Positions 9,562 through 20,650 of a DNA stretch of 64,000 nucleotides are shown in pieces; within the stretch, counting starts at the first letter, position 1; every line of letters begins with the position of its first letter. The position numbers were made by a program, and so were the translations under genes. The DNA comes from Candidatus Sulfobium sp. (GTDB lineage Bacteria > Nitrospirota > Thermodesulfovibrionia > Thermodesulfovibrionales > UBA6898), in assembly GCA_037380845.1 (NCBI GenBank), contig JARRRI010000005.1:1-64000 (forward strand), in the 5' to 3' direction. Below the pieces are notes generated by a model. The model was not told where the DNA came from. It ran no database searches and was given only the letters and a program-made list of their open reading frames with translations.

Positions 9562-9627
9562 TTAGCCGCGCCCCCTTGTCTGTTATATTGTTCAGAACGC
9601 TTGTCGATACAAGCTCCGGCATTTACT

Positions 9628-9709
9628 GTCGTCTTTGCCGAAGAGTCGGGAATCCAAGTCGTTGTTTTTAAAAGTAATGGATTCCCGACCACTGCCTCGG
9701 GAATGACGA
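9628..9709. repeat. GTCATTCCCG...GGAATCCA / TGGATTCCCG...GGGAATGAC-type palindromic repeat
   Basis: Two inverted half-hairpins; family members at 17502, 19756, 27706, 29271. Confidence 0.75.
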
Positions 9710-9762
9710 AACGAGGATTCTGCAGGAGATTTTCCATATAACAGGATTCCCTTTGTCGAGGA

Positions 9763-10596
9763 TCAGGTTCCATAGAACATTCCGCTCCCCAGGATCTCGA
9801 TCATCTCTTCCGTGATCTCCTCCTGCCCGATGTACCTTTGCAGGGACGCGAGTTCGGAGATATGTTTCCTCAGGCTTTCGGATGCTCCCTCCATGCTTCT
9901 CAGCCGGTACCAGTTTTCACTTCTCAGGGATTCCACGTAACATCGGTAGAGGCTTATATATATGAATTCCTCCAGAATATGGTCAAGGATAACGTGTGGC
10001 ATCATATAGGTGAGCGGAGGGCTCTTTACAGACGGGATGTCGTCTATCGCCGGAGGGAGAATACGTTCCACCAGGATTTCCGCCCCTTTTTCGATGACAC
10101 ACGTGAAAACAAAAGTGAGGTCGTAGTACCCGTCCTTCCCGTATATATCCATTATCTTCGAAAGGGTGTCTCTCAAAGCAGCATTTATTCCGTTGATGCT
10201 TATCACCGAGTCGCCGTAGTCCCGGTAAGGTATATGTTTCAGATCCAGGGAGGACTTGAGCCTCCTGCCGACGACAAGCAGGACATCCCCGGGCGTGAAC
10301 AAGTTTGAAACGGCGTCCGCCATTTTTTCATTAAAAGCGCCGCAGAGACCGACCGAGGAGCCGAATGCCGCGACGATCCGCTTACCCTTTCTCCGCTCTT
10401 CGAGAAATCCTGCCCCGTAATGGGTCACCATATCAGCTACGGCCGAAAGCATGTTCTTCTCATATTCTCTGATGTGCGGAACGATTTCCTCCGTCTTCCT
10501 CACGGTAACCCCGGCGTAGGCTTTCATTGCACTGACCACATCTTCCACGGTATGGAACGCCTGTATCCTTTTTGCAATTTCTGCGGAAGAAAGCAT
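9763..10596 (-). CDS. atpG: N-ATPase gamma subunit
   Basis: VVSAMK, GLCGAFN, SENxxRLRSM, QEEITEE. Confidence 0.9.
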   Translation of the reverse strand: MLSSAEIAKRIQAFHTVEDVVSAMKAYAGVTVRKTEEIVPHIREYEKNMLSAVADMVTHYGAGFLEERRKGKRIVAAFGSSVGLCGAFNEKMADAVSNLFTPGDVLLVVGRRLKSSLDLKHIPYRDYGDSVISINGINAALRDTLSKIMDIYGKDGYYDLTFVFTCVIEKGAEILVERILPPAIDDIPSVKSPPLTYMMPHVILDHILEEFIYISLYRCYVESLRSENWYRLRSMEGASESLRKHISELASLQRYIGQEEITEEMIEILGSGMFYGT

Positions 10597-10598
10597 TG

Positions 10599-12095
10599 TC
10601 AGTGCCCTGCTTTCCTGATGAAATCCCTCAGAGTCTCCATGTCTCTGGATCCGATCATTTCCCCACGGTCTGTCCGGTCCATCAGCTCCGGGAAAGCGGC
10701 TTTAATCCTGTCCAGTATTTCCTCGCTGGTATCTCCTGCCGACCCGATATCAACAGCATCCAGAACGCCCGTATCGAGGATAATAAGGCCGGCTACCTGG
10801 TCTCCAAGACCAAAAGGATGAAACCGGGGCTGCTTGAGTATCTCCCGCATGCGTTCACCGCGGCGGATGAGTCTTGCGGTCTCGTCTTCCAGATGCACTC
10901 CGAACTTGGTGAATGCCTCGACTTCCATGAACCTCGAATAATCTATCCTCAGTTTTTCCGCCATCATCTTCATCGGACCGGCCTGTGCCTTCCCTCCTAT
11001 TCGCGATACCGACCGGCCCACATCTACTGCAGGGCGTATGCCCTTGTTGAAAAGGGCGGGATCAAGGTATATCTGTCCGTCAGTAATAGAGATGAGGTTG
11101 GTGGGTATGTAAGAAGATATGCGCCCCTGCTGGGTCTCGGCTATCGGAAGGGCGGTTATGGAGCCCCCGCCATGTGTCTCGTGCAACTTCGAAGACCTCT
11201 CCAGCAGACGCGAATGAATGAAGAATATGTCTCCGGGGTAAGCCTCCCTTCCCGGGGGCCTCTTCAGGAGCAGGCTTAATGACCGGTATGCCTCGGCGTG
11301 CTTGGACAGGTCGTCATACACGACAAGGACGTCTCTTCCCCTGTCGAGAAAATATTCAGCCATGGCAGTGGCGCTGTAAGGGGCTATGTACCGGAGCCCG
11401 AATGAAGCTGAGGCATCGGCGGCCACGATGATGGTCCTCGATAATTCGCCGTAAGTCCTTATCTCGTCAATGACCTTCAGGACGTGGGAAGTCTTCTGCC
11501 CTATAGCCACATAAATGGAAATGACATCGGAGTTTTTCTGGTTGATGACGGTGTCCACACCGATGGATGTCTTGCCCGTCGAAGGGTCTCCTATAATCAG
11601 TTCCCTCTGGCCCCTGCCGATGGGCAGCATGGAGTCCAGCACCTTCAGGCCGGTATACAGGGGCTGCACCACGAAATCCCTCTGTGTGAGAGGGGGGGCG
11701 TCCCTTTCCACGGGATAGGGCGTCGTATTTTCAGGCTGAGGCCCCCCGTCGAGGGGGTTGCCCAGCGCATCCAGGACTCTCCCCAACAGGCTGCCGCCTG
11801 CCATTACCGAGGCGATCCGCTCCGTCTTATAAGCCCTGTCCCCGGCCTTTATCCCGTTATGCCCGGTCAGCAGCACCACTCCCATTGTCTCCCTGTCGAG
11901 GTCGAACACCATTCCCTCGTCTCCGCTCTCGAACTGAATGAGTTCGTAGAGCCTGGCATCTCTCAGTCCGGCGACGTGAACTATTTCGTCTCCCACGGAC
12001 AGGACGGTGCCTTCTTCGGTCATGGTGAAGGAGAACCTGCTCCTGGCCGCCTCCCCCCTCAGCTTTTCCCAAAAAACCGCAAACTCTTTTTCCAT
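10599..12095 (-). CDS. atpA: N-ATPase alpha subunit
   Basis: PIGRGQRELIIGD, RPPGREAYPGD, IPTNLISITDGQ; start taken at MEKEF next to the atpF stop. Confidence 0.95.
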   Translation of the reverse strand: MEKEFAVFWEKLRGEAARSRFSFTMTEEGTVLSVGDEIVHVAGLRDARLYELIQFESGDEGMVFDLDRETMGVVLLTGHNGIKAGDRAYKTERIASVMAGGSLLGRVLDALGNPLDGGPQPENTTPYPVERDAPPLTQRDFVVQPLYTGLKVLDSMLPIGRGQRELIIGDPSTGKTSIGVDTVINQKNSDVISIYVAIGQKTSHVLKVIDEIRTYGELSRTIIVAADASASFGLRYIAPYSATAMAEYFLDRGRDVLVVYDDLSKHAEAYRSLSLLLKRPPGREAYPGDIFFIHSRLLERSSKLHETHGGGSITALPIAETQQGRISSYIPTNLISITDGQIYLDPALFNKGIRPAVDVGRSVSRIGGKAQAGPMKMMAEKLRIDYSRFMEVEAFTKFGVHLEDETARLIRRGERMREILKQPRFHPFGLGDQVAGLIILDTGVLDAVDIGSAGDTSEEILDRIKAAFPELMDRTDRGEMIGSRDMETLRDFIRKAGH

Positions 12096-12096
12096 A

Positions 12097-12840
12097 TCAG
12101 GACGCCTGTTCGAGCCTGCTTCTGAAAAGATCCACCTGCCCGGAAAGCGAAAAATTGTAGACTTTGTCATATGCCTTCATCCTCGCCCCGGCAATCAGGT
12201 TTTCATCGACGACGGTACTAATGATCACTTTTTTCGAGAGAAGTGATTCGAGGTTTCCCGTCAGTTCCTTCAACTCCTCCCCGTTGAGCGGATAGGCCGA
12301 AGCAAGCTCGATCCTGATAGCCTCGTCTTTTTCAGGGACAGTGTCCGCAAGGTTCTGTGCTACTTCTTCCAGCCGCCCGAGAAGTTTTCTGCATACGGCC
12401 TTATGCAGTTCCTCGGTAGAGACGTCCCTTAAAAGATGTGCCGCCATGACGCATGCGGTATCTATCGCCCTGTCCTTCAATTCGGCCTCCAGTCTCCTCT
12501 TCTCCGCCCCGAAAATGGCCTTCTCCTTCTCCACAACCTTTCCCGCTTCTTCTTCCGCGGTGCCCAGCAGTCTCTTCCTTTCTTCCATGGCTTCTTCCCG
12601 CAGTTTTTCAATCGTCTGCTGCCTCAGGTCTTTCAGCCCGGCTGTTTCCTTCAGGTATTTTTCCCTGAGGTCGAGCGCCTCCTTCTTTGTCTTCTCTGCG
12701 TCCTGAACGGTCTTTTCGATCATGGCCCTCCTTTTTTCTATGATCTCGCGCACCGGTTTGTAGAGCAGTCTCTTCAGGATGAACAAGAGGACGATGAAAT
12801 TTATTATCTGGAAGAGAAACGTCGTAAGATCGAATCTCAT
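12097..12840 (-). CDS. atpF: N-ATPase b subunit (b/delta fusion)
   Basis: N-terminal TM FQIINF, coiled coil, delta-like C-terminus. Confidence 0.9.
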   Translation of the reverse strand: MRFDLTTFLFQIINFIVLLFILKRLLYKPVREIIEKRRAMIEKTVQDAEKTKKEALDLREKYLKETAGLKDLRQQTIEKLREEAMEERKRLLGTAEEEAGKVVEKEKAIFGAEKRRLEAELKDRAIDTACVMAAHLLRDVSTEELHKAVCRKLLGRLEEVAQNLADTVPEKDEAIRIELASAYPLNGEELKELTGNLESLLSKKVIISTVVDENLIAGARMKAYDKVYNFSLSGQVDLFRSRLEQAS

Positions 12841-13103
12841 TTAATCACGTATCCGATCAACGGGTTTGCAAACAGGATAATAAGCGCTATAACGAAGGCG
12901 TAGATGGCAATGGACTCGATCAGTGCCATGCCGATGATAAGCGTCCTCGTGATCTGGGCGGCCGCCTCGGGCTGGCGGGCAATCGCGTCAAGGGCTTTTG
13001 TAAGCGACTCACCCAGCGCCCTGGCCGGACCATACCCCCCGATTGCCATGGCAAGCGCTGCAGCGATGATAGAAACTGAGATGATTACCATCAAGGACTC
13101 CAT
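12837..13103 (-). CDS. atpE: N-ATPase c subunit
   Basis: Hairpin with ARQPE loop and ESIAIY. Confidence 0.95.
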   Translation of the reverse strand: MESLMVIISVSIIAAALAMAIGGYGPARALGESLTKALDAIARQPEAAAQITRTLIIGMALIESIAIYAFVIALIILFANPLIGYVIK

Positions 13104-13115
13104 TCCAACCTCCTT

Positions 13116-13781
13116 TCACCCTTCAGGGGAAATACCTATTGCTATGAACACAAGCGTAAGGATACCGAATATATATGCCTGTATAAGTCCGATGACGATG
13201 TGCAGCAGGTCAAAGGGGATGGGCGCCAGGAAACCTACCACCCCTATCAGTATCGCGGCGATCATCTCCCCGCTCAGCATGTTGCCGAAGAGCCTGACGG
13301 CCAGTGCTATGGTCCTGGTAACTTCGGCCATGAGATGTATCGGGAGCAAAAGCCATGTGGGCTCTTTATAGTGAGAGAGATAGCCTTTGACACCCCGGGT
13401 CTTTACCCCGAAGACATGTGTCATGGAGTACGATATTACGGCGAAGGCAAAGGTAGTGTTCAGGTCTGCCGTCGGGGTATTCAACCCCGGGAGAAGGCCT
13501 ATCAGGTTGGAGAACCCGATGAGGATCCATATCGTCCCCAGTACGGGCACGGCGGCCCACGGCTCGACGGGAAGCACTTCTTTCACCGTCTTCTCGACAG
13601 CCTCGAATGCCGCTTCTACAACCTCCTGAAAGGCCGACGGCCGTATTGAAAACTTTCTCGTCGCAAGGATGGAAATGACCGATACGACTATCATTACAAT
13701 CCATGTCGTGATAACCGTGTCGGTAAAGTGTAAGGGGCCCGCCGTAAAAACGACCTCCGGGGAAATCGCAAATCTCTTCAT
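13116..13781 (-). CDS. atpB: N-ATPase a subunit
   Basis: PTADLN, LAVRLFGN, IQAYIF; start MKRFAISPE overlaps the atpQ stop. Confidence 0.95.
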   Translation of the reverse strand: MKRFAISPEVVFTAGPLHFTDTVITTWIVMIVVSVISILATRKFSIRPSAFQEVVEAAFEAVEKTVKEVLPVEPWAAVPVLGTIWILIGFSNLIGLLPGLNTPTADLNTTFAFAVISYSMTHVFGVKTRGVKGYLSHYKEPTWLLLPIHLMAEVTRTIALAVRLFGNMLSGEMIAAILIGVVGFLAPIPFDLLHIVIGLIQAYIFGILTLVFIAIGISPEG

Positions 13782-14049
13782 GGCTGAGAGTCCCTGAGCA
13801 GGAAATACCAGATATTGTAAATGCCGACGGCTATGCCTATGATGATGAAAGTTATCGTCCATGAAGTGTCGCCCCGGGTCTTTTCATCGATATACCTTCC
13901 GATGTAGGCCCCTGCGACAACGGGTATGACGAAAAGCCAGCCGCCGACTCCGAGCATCTGGGCGTAGTGCCAGAAACGGGACTTCTCCTTCCGTGCCTTC
14001 CTGAGCTCTTCCGCGGACTGTTCGACTTTCCGGGAAAATTTCCTGTTCT

Positions 14050-14053
<4 letters not shown>
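13778..14053 (-). CDS. atpQ: AtpQ (AtpZ/AtpI-family) membrane protein
   Basis: Two TM helices, GAYIGRYID; canonical position in N-ATPase operon. Confidence 0.8.
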
Positions 14054-15942
<1,889 letters not shown>

Positions 15943-15992
15943 GCAGATTCCAAAACCATTTTTCTTCAATCACGAATACGAAATCATTAAAC

Positions 15993-16556
15993 ATGGACCT
16001 GAAAAAGATCGAAAAAGGTGTAAGGCTCATTATTGAGGGTATCGGTGAAGACCCGGAGAGGCCGGGCATGAAGGACACCCCGTCCCGTGTGGCGAAAATG
16101 TACAGGGAAATTTTTTCCGGTCTGGAGACCCCCACGGAGGAAATTTTGGAGCACATTGCCGGTGAAAGCCATGACGAACTGGTGCTCCTGAAAGACATCC
16201 CTTTTTATTCGGTCTGCGAGCATCACCTGCTGCCCTTCATCGGAAAGGCGCACGTCGCCTATATACCGGGGGCGGGAAAGATCGCGGGGATAGGAGAACT
16301 TGCCAAGGCGGTCGAAGTGCTGGCGAAGCGGCCGCAGGTGCAGGAAAGGCTTACGAGCCAGCTTGCAGACATGATCATGGAAAGACTGAAGCCCAAGGGC
16401 GCGATGGTGATAATAGACGCCGAACATCTTTGCCTTTCCATGCGGGGCATGAAAAAACCGGGATCGCGCACGGTGACTTCGGCGGTGAGGGGCCTCTTCA
16501 GGAGCAAGGAATCCACACGGCAGGAGCTGCTTGAACTCATCAAGAAGAGAGATTAA
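15993..16556 (+). CDS. folE: GTP cyclohydrolase I
   Basis: [26 protein letters not shown]. Confidence 0.96.
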   Translation: MDLKKIEKGVRLIIEGIGEDPERPGMKDTPSRVAKMYREIFSGLETPTEEILEHIAGESHDELVLLKDIPFYSVCEHHLLPFIGKAHVAYIPGAGKIAGIGELAKAVEVLAKRPQVQERLTSQLADMIMERLKPKGAMVIIDAEHLCLSMRGMKKPGSRTVTSAVRGLFRSKESTRQELLELIKKRD

Positions 16557-16572
16557 TAATAAAGGAGGCAAT

Positions 16573-17481
16573 ATGGGTGCAAAGATTATAAGCGGTAAGG
16601 AGATCGCGTCTCAGATCAGGGAAGAGCTTAAGAAGGAAGTCGCGGAAATGAAGGAAAAACACGGGGTGGTGCCGGGGCTGGTGACCATACTGGTGGGCAA
16701 GAATCCGGCCTCGATCAGTTACGTCACCGGCAAACAGAAAACCGCACACGAACTGGGCTTCGATTCCGTTCAGGACGACCAGCCCGAGGATATATCGGAA
16801 GAGGATCTGCTGAAGCTTGTGGAAAATTACAACAAGGACCCGAAGATACACGGTATCCTCGTCCAGCTTCCGCTGCCGAAGCACATCAATGAAAAGAAGG
16901 TGCTGAACGCGATAGACCCGGACAAGGACGTGGACTGCTTCCACCCTGTCAATGTCGGGAGGCTGATGATCGGAGGCCCCGAGGCGAGGTTTCTCCCCTG
17001 CACGCCCGCCGGCATACAGGAATTGATCGTGCGCTCCGGGGTGGAGACCTCCGGCGCGGAGGTCGTCGTAGTGGGCCGCTCAAATATCGTAGGCAAGCCC
17101 ATTGCCATGATCATGCTCCAGAAAGGGAAGGGCGCCAACTCCACCGTGACGGTGGTGCACACAGGGACGAAAAACATGGCGGAGCATTGCAAACGTGCAG
17201 ACATACTGATCGTGGCTGCCGGGGTCCCGGGGCTCGTGAAACCGGAGTGGATAAAGCCCGGTGCCTGCGTCATCGACGTAGGGGTGAACAGGGTCGGTGA
17301 GAAGAAGAGCGAGAAGACCGGTAAGATGATCGCCATTCTCAAGGGCGATGTGAACTTCGAGGCAGCCAAGGAGATCGCAGGATCCATTACACCGGTGCCC
17401 GGCGGCGTGGGACCGATGACCATTACCATGCTTATGAAGAACACCGTAACGTCGGCAAAACTGGCGGAGGGAATAAAGTAA
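16573..17481 (+). CDS. folD: Methylene-THF dehydrogenase/cyclohydrolase
   Basis: GILVQLPLP, KDVD, PCTP, GRSNIVGKP, TPVPGGVGPMT. Confidence 0.97.
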   Translation: MGAKIISGKEIASQIREELKKEVAEMKEKHGVVPGLVTILVGKNPASISYVTGKQKTAHELGFDSVQDDQPEDISEEDLLKLVENYNKDPKIHGILVQLPLPKHINEKKVLNAIDPDKDVDCFHPVNVGRLMIGGPEARFLPCTPAGIQELIVRSGVETSGAEVVVVGRSNIVGKPIAMIMLQKGKGANSTVTVVHTGTKNMAEHCKRADILIVAAGVPGLVKPEWIKPGACVIDVGVNRVGEKKSEKTGKMIAILKGDVNFEAAKEIAGSITPVPGGVGPMTITMLMKNTVTSAKLAEGIK

Positions 17482-17501
17482 ATATGACGGGATGGTAAGC
17501 G

Positions 17502-17595
17502 GTCGTCATACTTGCGCGGGCGGGTATCCAGGTTTAGGCATAAATGGATTCCTGCCTGCCGGCAGGCAGGCCCGATAACTAGCTCGGGAATGACG
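17502..17595. repeat. Palindromic repeat carrying inserted 20-bp perfect palindrome CCTGCCTGCCGGCAGGCAGG (17551-17570)
   Basis: Near-identical direct copy at 19756-19851. Confidence 0.85.
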
Positions 17596-17644
17596 CTGCA
17601 AAGACTTTTTACGGAAAAGAGGAAAGATTGAACGGGAGTAATTA

Positions 17645-19738
17645 ATGTCAGATACATCAGCGGTAAAGAACAGCGAACTATACAGGGAGAGAGTGGCTGC
17701 ACTCAAGGAGAAAAGACCGTATCCGCCCTGCAGGGCGGCCTGTCCGGCCCACACGGACGTCCAGACTTACGTGGGTCTCATAGCACAGGGACGTTACAAC
17801 GAGGCTTTCGATGTCATCACGGCCGTAAACCCCATCGCCTCGGTCTGCTCGATGATATGCCATCACCCCTGCGAACAGGCCTGCCGGCGGTGTGCCATAG
17901 ACGAGCCACTTTCGGTCAGGCACCTGAAGCGCTTCGCAGTGGAGAAATCTACTCAATACAGGCACAGCAGGCGCAGGCTGGTGGAAAAGACGAAGGGCAA
18001 GAGCATCGGTGTCATCGGCTCCGGACCCTCCGGCCTGGCTGCCGCCGACGACCTCGCCAGTTTCGGTTATAACGTTACCATCTATGAGCGTCACCCCGTA
18101 CTGGGCGGCATGCTGGCGGCGGCCATACCGCCCTATCGTCTGCCGAGAGAAGCATTGAAAGAGGACATCGATGATGTTGTCGCCAAGGGGATTGAGGTAA
18201 AGACGAACTGCCAGGTCGGCAGGGACGTCAAGCTTGAAGAGATTATCGATAAACACGATGCAGTGCTTATCGCCGCCGGCCTTTCCAAAAGCCGGTCGCT
18301 CAACATTCCCGGCGTAGAAGGTCCGGGCGTCCTGCTTGCTATTCCGTTTCTGGAGGACGTTGCCTTTGACAGGAGGCCTGAACTGGGTAAGAAGGTCCTC
18401 GTGGTAGGCGGGGGAAACGTGGCGATGGACGTTGCGCGCACCGCCCGGAGGCTTGGCGTGAAGGACGTGTCCATGGTATGTCTTGAAAGCGCGGAGGAGA
18501 TGCCCGCCTGGAAGTGGGAGGTCGATGAGGCGGTGGAGGAAAGGGTTACGATCGACCACCGCTGGGGGCCGAAGGCCGTCAGGCGGCAGGACGGCAAGGT
18601 GCAGGGTCTGGAAGTGGTGAAGGTGAAATCGGTATTCGATGAAAACGGCCGTTTCAGTCCTTCCTTCGACCAGAACGAAACGAAGGTGATCGAAGCGGAC
18701 ACCATAATTATCACCATCGGCCAGATGTCTGACAACTCCTTCCTTAAAGACGGCCCGGTCAAGGTGGACGAGCGGGGCAGGCTGGCGTGGGACGCCGAGA
18801 CCCAGATGAGCAGCGCCAGGGGCGTGTTTGTCTCGGGTGAGATCGTGACAGGACCCGGTTCGGCCATTGGGGCGGTGGCAAACGGACACCGCGCAGCGCT
18901 TGCGATTCATCTCTATTGTCAGGGAGAAGCGATAAAGGGAAAACTTCCCGTCCAGGAAAAGGAAAAGATAGAACAGATACCGGCCGAGGTGGTCGAAAGG
19001 ATTTCCCGGGAGCCGCGGCAGAAGATAAAACATCTCGCCCCCGAGGTGCGGTGCGACACCTTCGTTCACTTCGAGATAGGATACGACGAGGAAGAGGCCC
19101 TCAGGGAGGCCGGGCGATGCCGGGGCTGCGGCGGAGGGGCCGTTGTGGACCCTGATAAGTGCATGGCATGTCTTACGTGCATGCGGATATGCCCTTACGG
19201 GGCACCGGTTGTTACCTCTGTCTCCGAGATCCGGCCGGAATATTGCCAGGCATGCGGTCTCTGTGCTCCGCAATGCCCCGGCGAGGCTATTAGTATGATC
19301 AGCTACGATGTACGCGAATTAAGGGAGACCATACCGGGGCTGGTTGGTAAGATGGATTCGAACCGGAAGGATCCGCTCATAGTCGCTTTCGTCTGCACTC
19401 ACCATGTCGGCGTCCTGGGTTTCGGCCTTCCGGGGAATGTCCGTGCTGTCCCGGTGCACTGTACAAGCCGGGTTGATATCGTGGACATCATAAAGGCTGT
19501 GGAAAGCGGCGCGGACGGGGTGGCGGTGGTCCGCTGCGAAGGTGACAGGTGCAAATACAGAGACATCTTTCCGCATGTGAAGGCCCGCGTCAGACGCGGA
19601 CGGGAACTTCTCTCCATGCTGGGCATGGAACCGGAACGGCTTGAGCTTCTTACGGCTTCCGGCGGCAGCTCATATTCGACTGTATGCTCCGAATTCTCGG
19701 AGAGGGTCCGGCAGATTGGGCTGAGGGGAGTTAAATAG
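17645..19738 (+). CDS. FAD/NAD(P)-dependent GltD/NfnB-like oxidoreductase fused to 2x[4Fe-4S] ferredoxin and MvhD/FlpD domains
   Basis: PCRAACP/CSMICHHPCEQAC, GSGPSG, GGGNVAMD, EAGRCRGC, CMACLTCMRICP, CQACGLCAPQCP, AFVC...CTSRV...CEGDRCKY. Confidence 0.88.
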   Translation: MSDTSAVKNSELYRERVAALKEKRPYPPCRAACPAHTDVQTYVGLIAQGRYNEAFDVITAVNPIASVCSMICHHPCEQACRRCAIDEPLSVRHLKRFAVEKSTQYRHSRRRLVEKTKGKSIGVIGSGPSGLAAADDLASFGYNVTIYERHPVLGGMLAAAIPPYRLPREALKEDIDDVVAKGIEVKTNCQVGRDVKLEEIIDKHDAVLIAAGLSKSRSLNIPGVEGPGVLLAIPFLEDVAFDRRPELGKKVLVVGGGNVAMDVARTARRLGVKDVSMVCLESAEEMPAWKWEVDEAVEERVTIDHRWGPKAVRRQDGKVQGLEVVKVKSVFDENGRFSPSFDQNETKVIEADTIIITIGQMSDNSFLKDGPVKVDERGRLAWDAETQMSSARGVFVSGEIVTGPGSAIGAVANGHRAALAIHLYCQGEAIKGKLPVQEKEKIEQIPAEVVERISREPRQKIKHLAPEVRCDTFVHFEIGYDEEEALREAGRCRGCGGGAVVDPDKCMACLTCMRICPYGAPVVTSVSEIRPEYCQACGLCAPQCPGEAISMISYDVRELRETIPGLVGKMDSNRKDPLIVAFVCTHHVGVLGFGLPGNVRAVPVHCTSRVDIVDIIKAVESGADGVAVVRCEGDRCKYRDIFPHVKARVRRGRELLSMLGMEPERLELLTASGGSSYSTVCSEFSERVRQIGLRGVK

Positions 19739-19755
19739 GGAGAGATCGGCAAAAG

Positions 19756-19851
19756 GTCGTCATACCCCCGAAGGCGGGTATCCAGGTCAAGCATAAAATG
19801 GATTCCTGCCTGCCGGCAGGCAGGCGCGATAACTAGCTCGGGTATGACGAC
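19756..19851. repeat. Palindromic repeat with the same 20-bp insert (19805-19824)
   Basis: Direct copy of 17502-17595. Confidence 0.85.
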
Positions 19852-19936
19852 ACAAAATAAACTTTTTGCCAGGAATTCTAGAAGGAATGGCTGTAAATAG
19901 AGACATGAACGAGCGTAACGTAAAGGAGTAATTACC

Positions 19937-20650
19937 ATGATCGTTGGATCACAGAAGCCTATCGAGGAAATCTGGGAGATGGTCAAGGACTTCAAGCGGG
20001 TCCTTGTCTTCGGGTGCAACACCTGTGTAGCCATCTGCCACGCAGGGGGCGAGAAGGAGGCCGAGACCATCGCCTCCCTGATACGCGTTAAGGCGGCAGA
20101 GGAAGGCAGGGATATGGAAGTGAATCATATGGGCGCCATGCGCCACTGCGAGCCCGAATACTTCGACCCGGTCATAGATGAGGTAAAGACCTATGACCTT
20201 GTGCTTTCCACCGCCTGCGGCGTGGGTGTCAACTTCCTCTCCGACAGGACCGGGACTGTGCCGGTCTATCCGGGCATCAACACTTCCTTTTACGGGACGG
20301 TGTCCGAACCCGGTGTGTTCGACGAGGTCTGCGCGGGCTGCGGAAACTGCATATTGCATCTGACCGGGGGCATCTGTCCCATCGCGCGGTGTGCCAAGAC
20401 AATAATGAACGGCCCGTGCGGCGGTACGAATAACGGGAAGTGCGAGATAAGCCAGGACGTGGACTGTGCCTGGTACCTTATCGTAGAGCGGATGAAGAAA
20501 CTCGGCACGCTGGAGAAGCTTACCGAACTGCAGCCCCCGCGCAACTGGTCCGCTTCGCGCGACGGCGGGCCAAGGAGGGTGTCGCTTGAGCACATCCGTG
20601 CCTATGAAGAAGAGGAGGAGAAGAAGGCTGAGTCGGGAGGTAAGAACTGA
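19937..20650 (+). CDS. metV: Methylene-THF reductase small Fe-S/Zn subunit MetV
   Basis: GCNTC, ACGVG, CAGCGNC, CPIARCAK, NGPCGG, CAW. Confidence 0.9.
   Translation: MIVGSQKPIEEIWEMVKDFKRVLVFGCNTCVAICHAGGEKEAETIASLIRVKAAEEGRDMEVNHMGAMRHCEPEYFDPVIDEVKTYDLVLSTACGVGVNFLSDRTGTVPVYPGINTSFYGTVSEPGVFDEVCAGCGNCILHLTGGICPIARCAKTIMNGPCGGTNNGKCEISQDVDCAWYLIVERMKKLGTLEKLTELQPPRNWSASRDGGPRRVSLEHIRAYEEEEEKKAESGGKN

Noticed and set aside
8297..9622. 441-aa alternative-frame ORF over clc
   Set aside because: Arg/Gly/Pro-rich off-frame translation.
9558..9773. Small ORF between atpG and clc
   Set aside because: It is a translation of the palindromic repeat; the same peptide (VIPE.VVGNP) recurs at other copies.
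17678..19273. 531-aa antisense ORF
   Set aside because: Fully overlaps a motif-rich oxidoreductase; GC-driven shadow.
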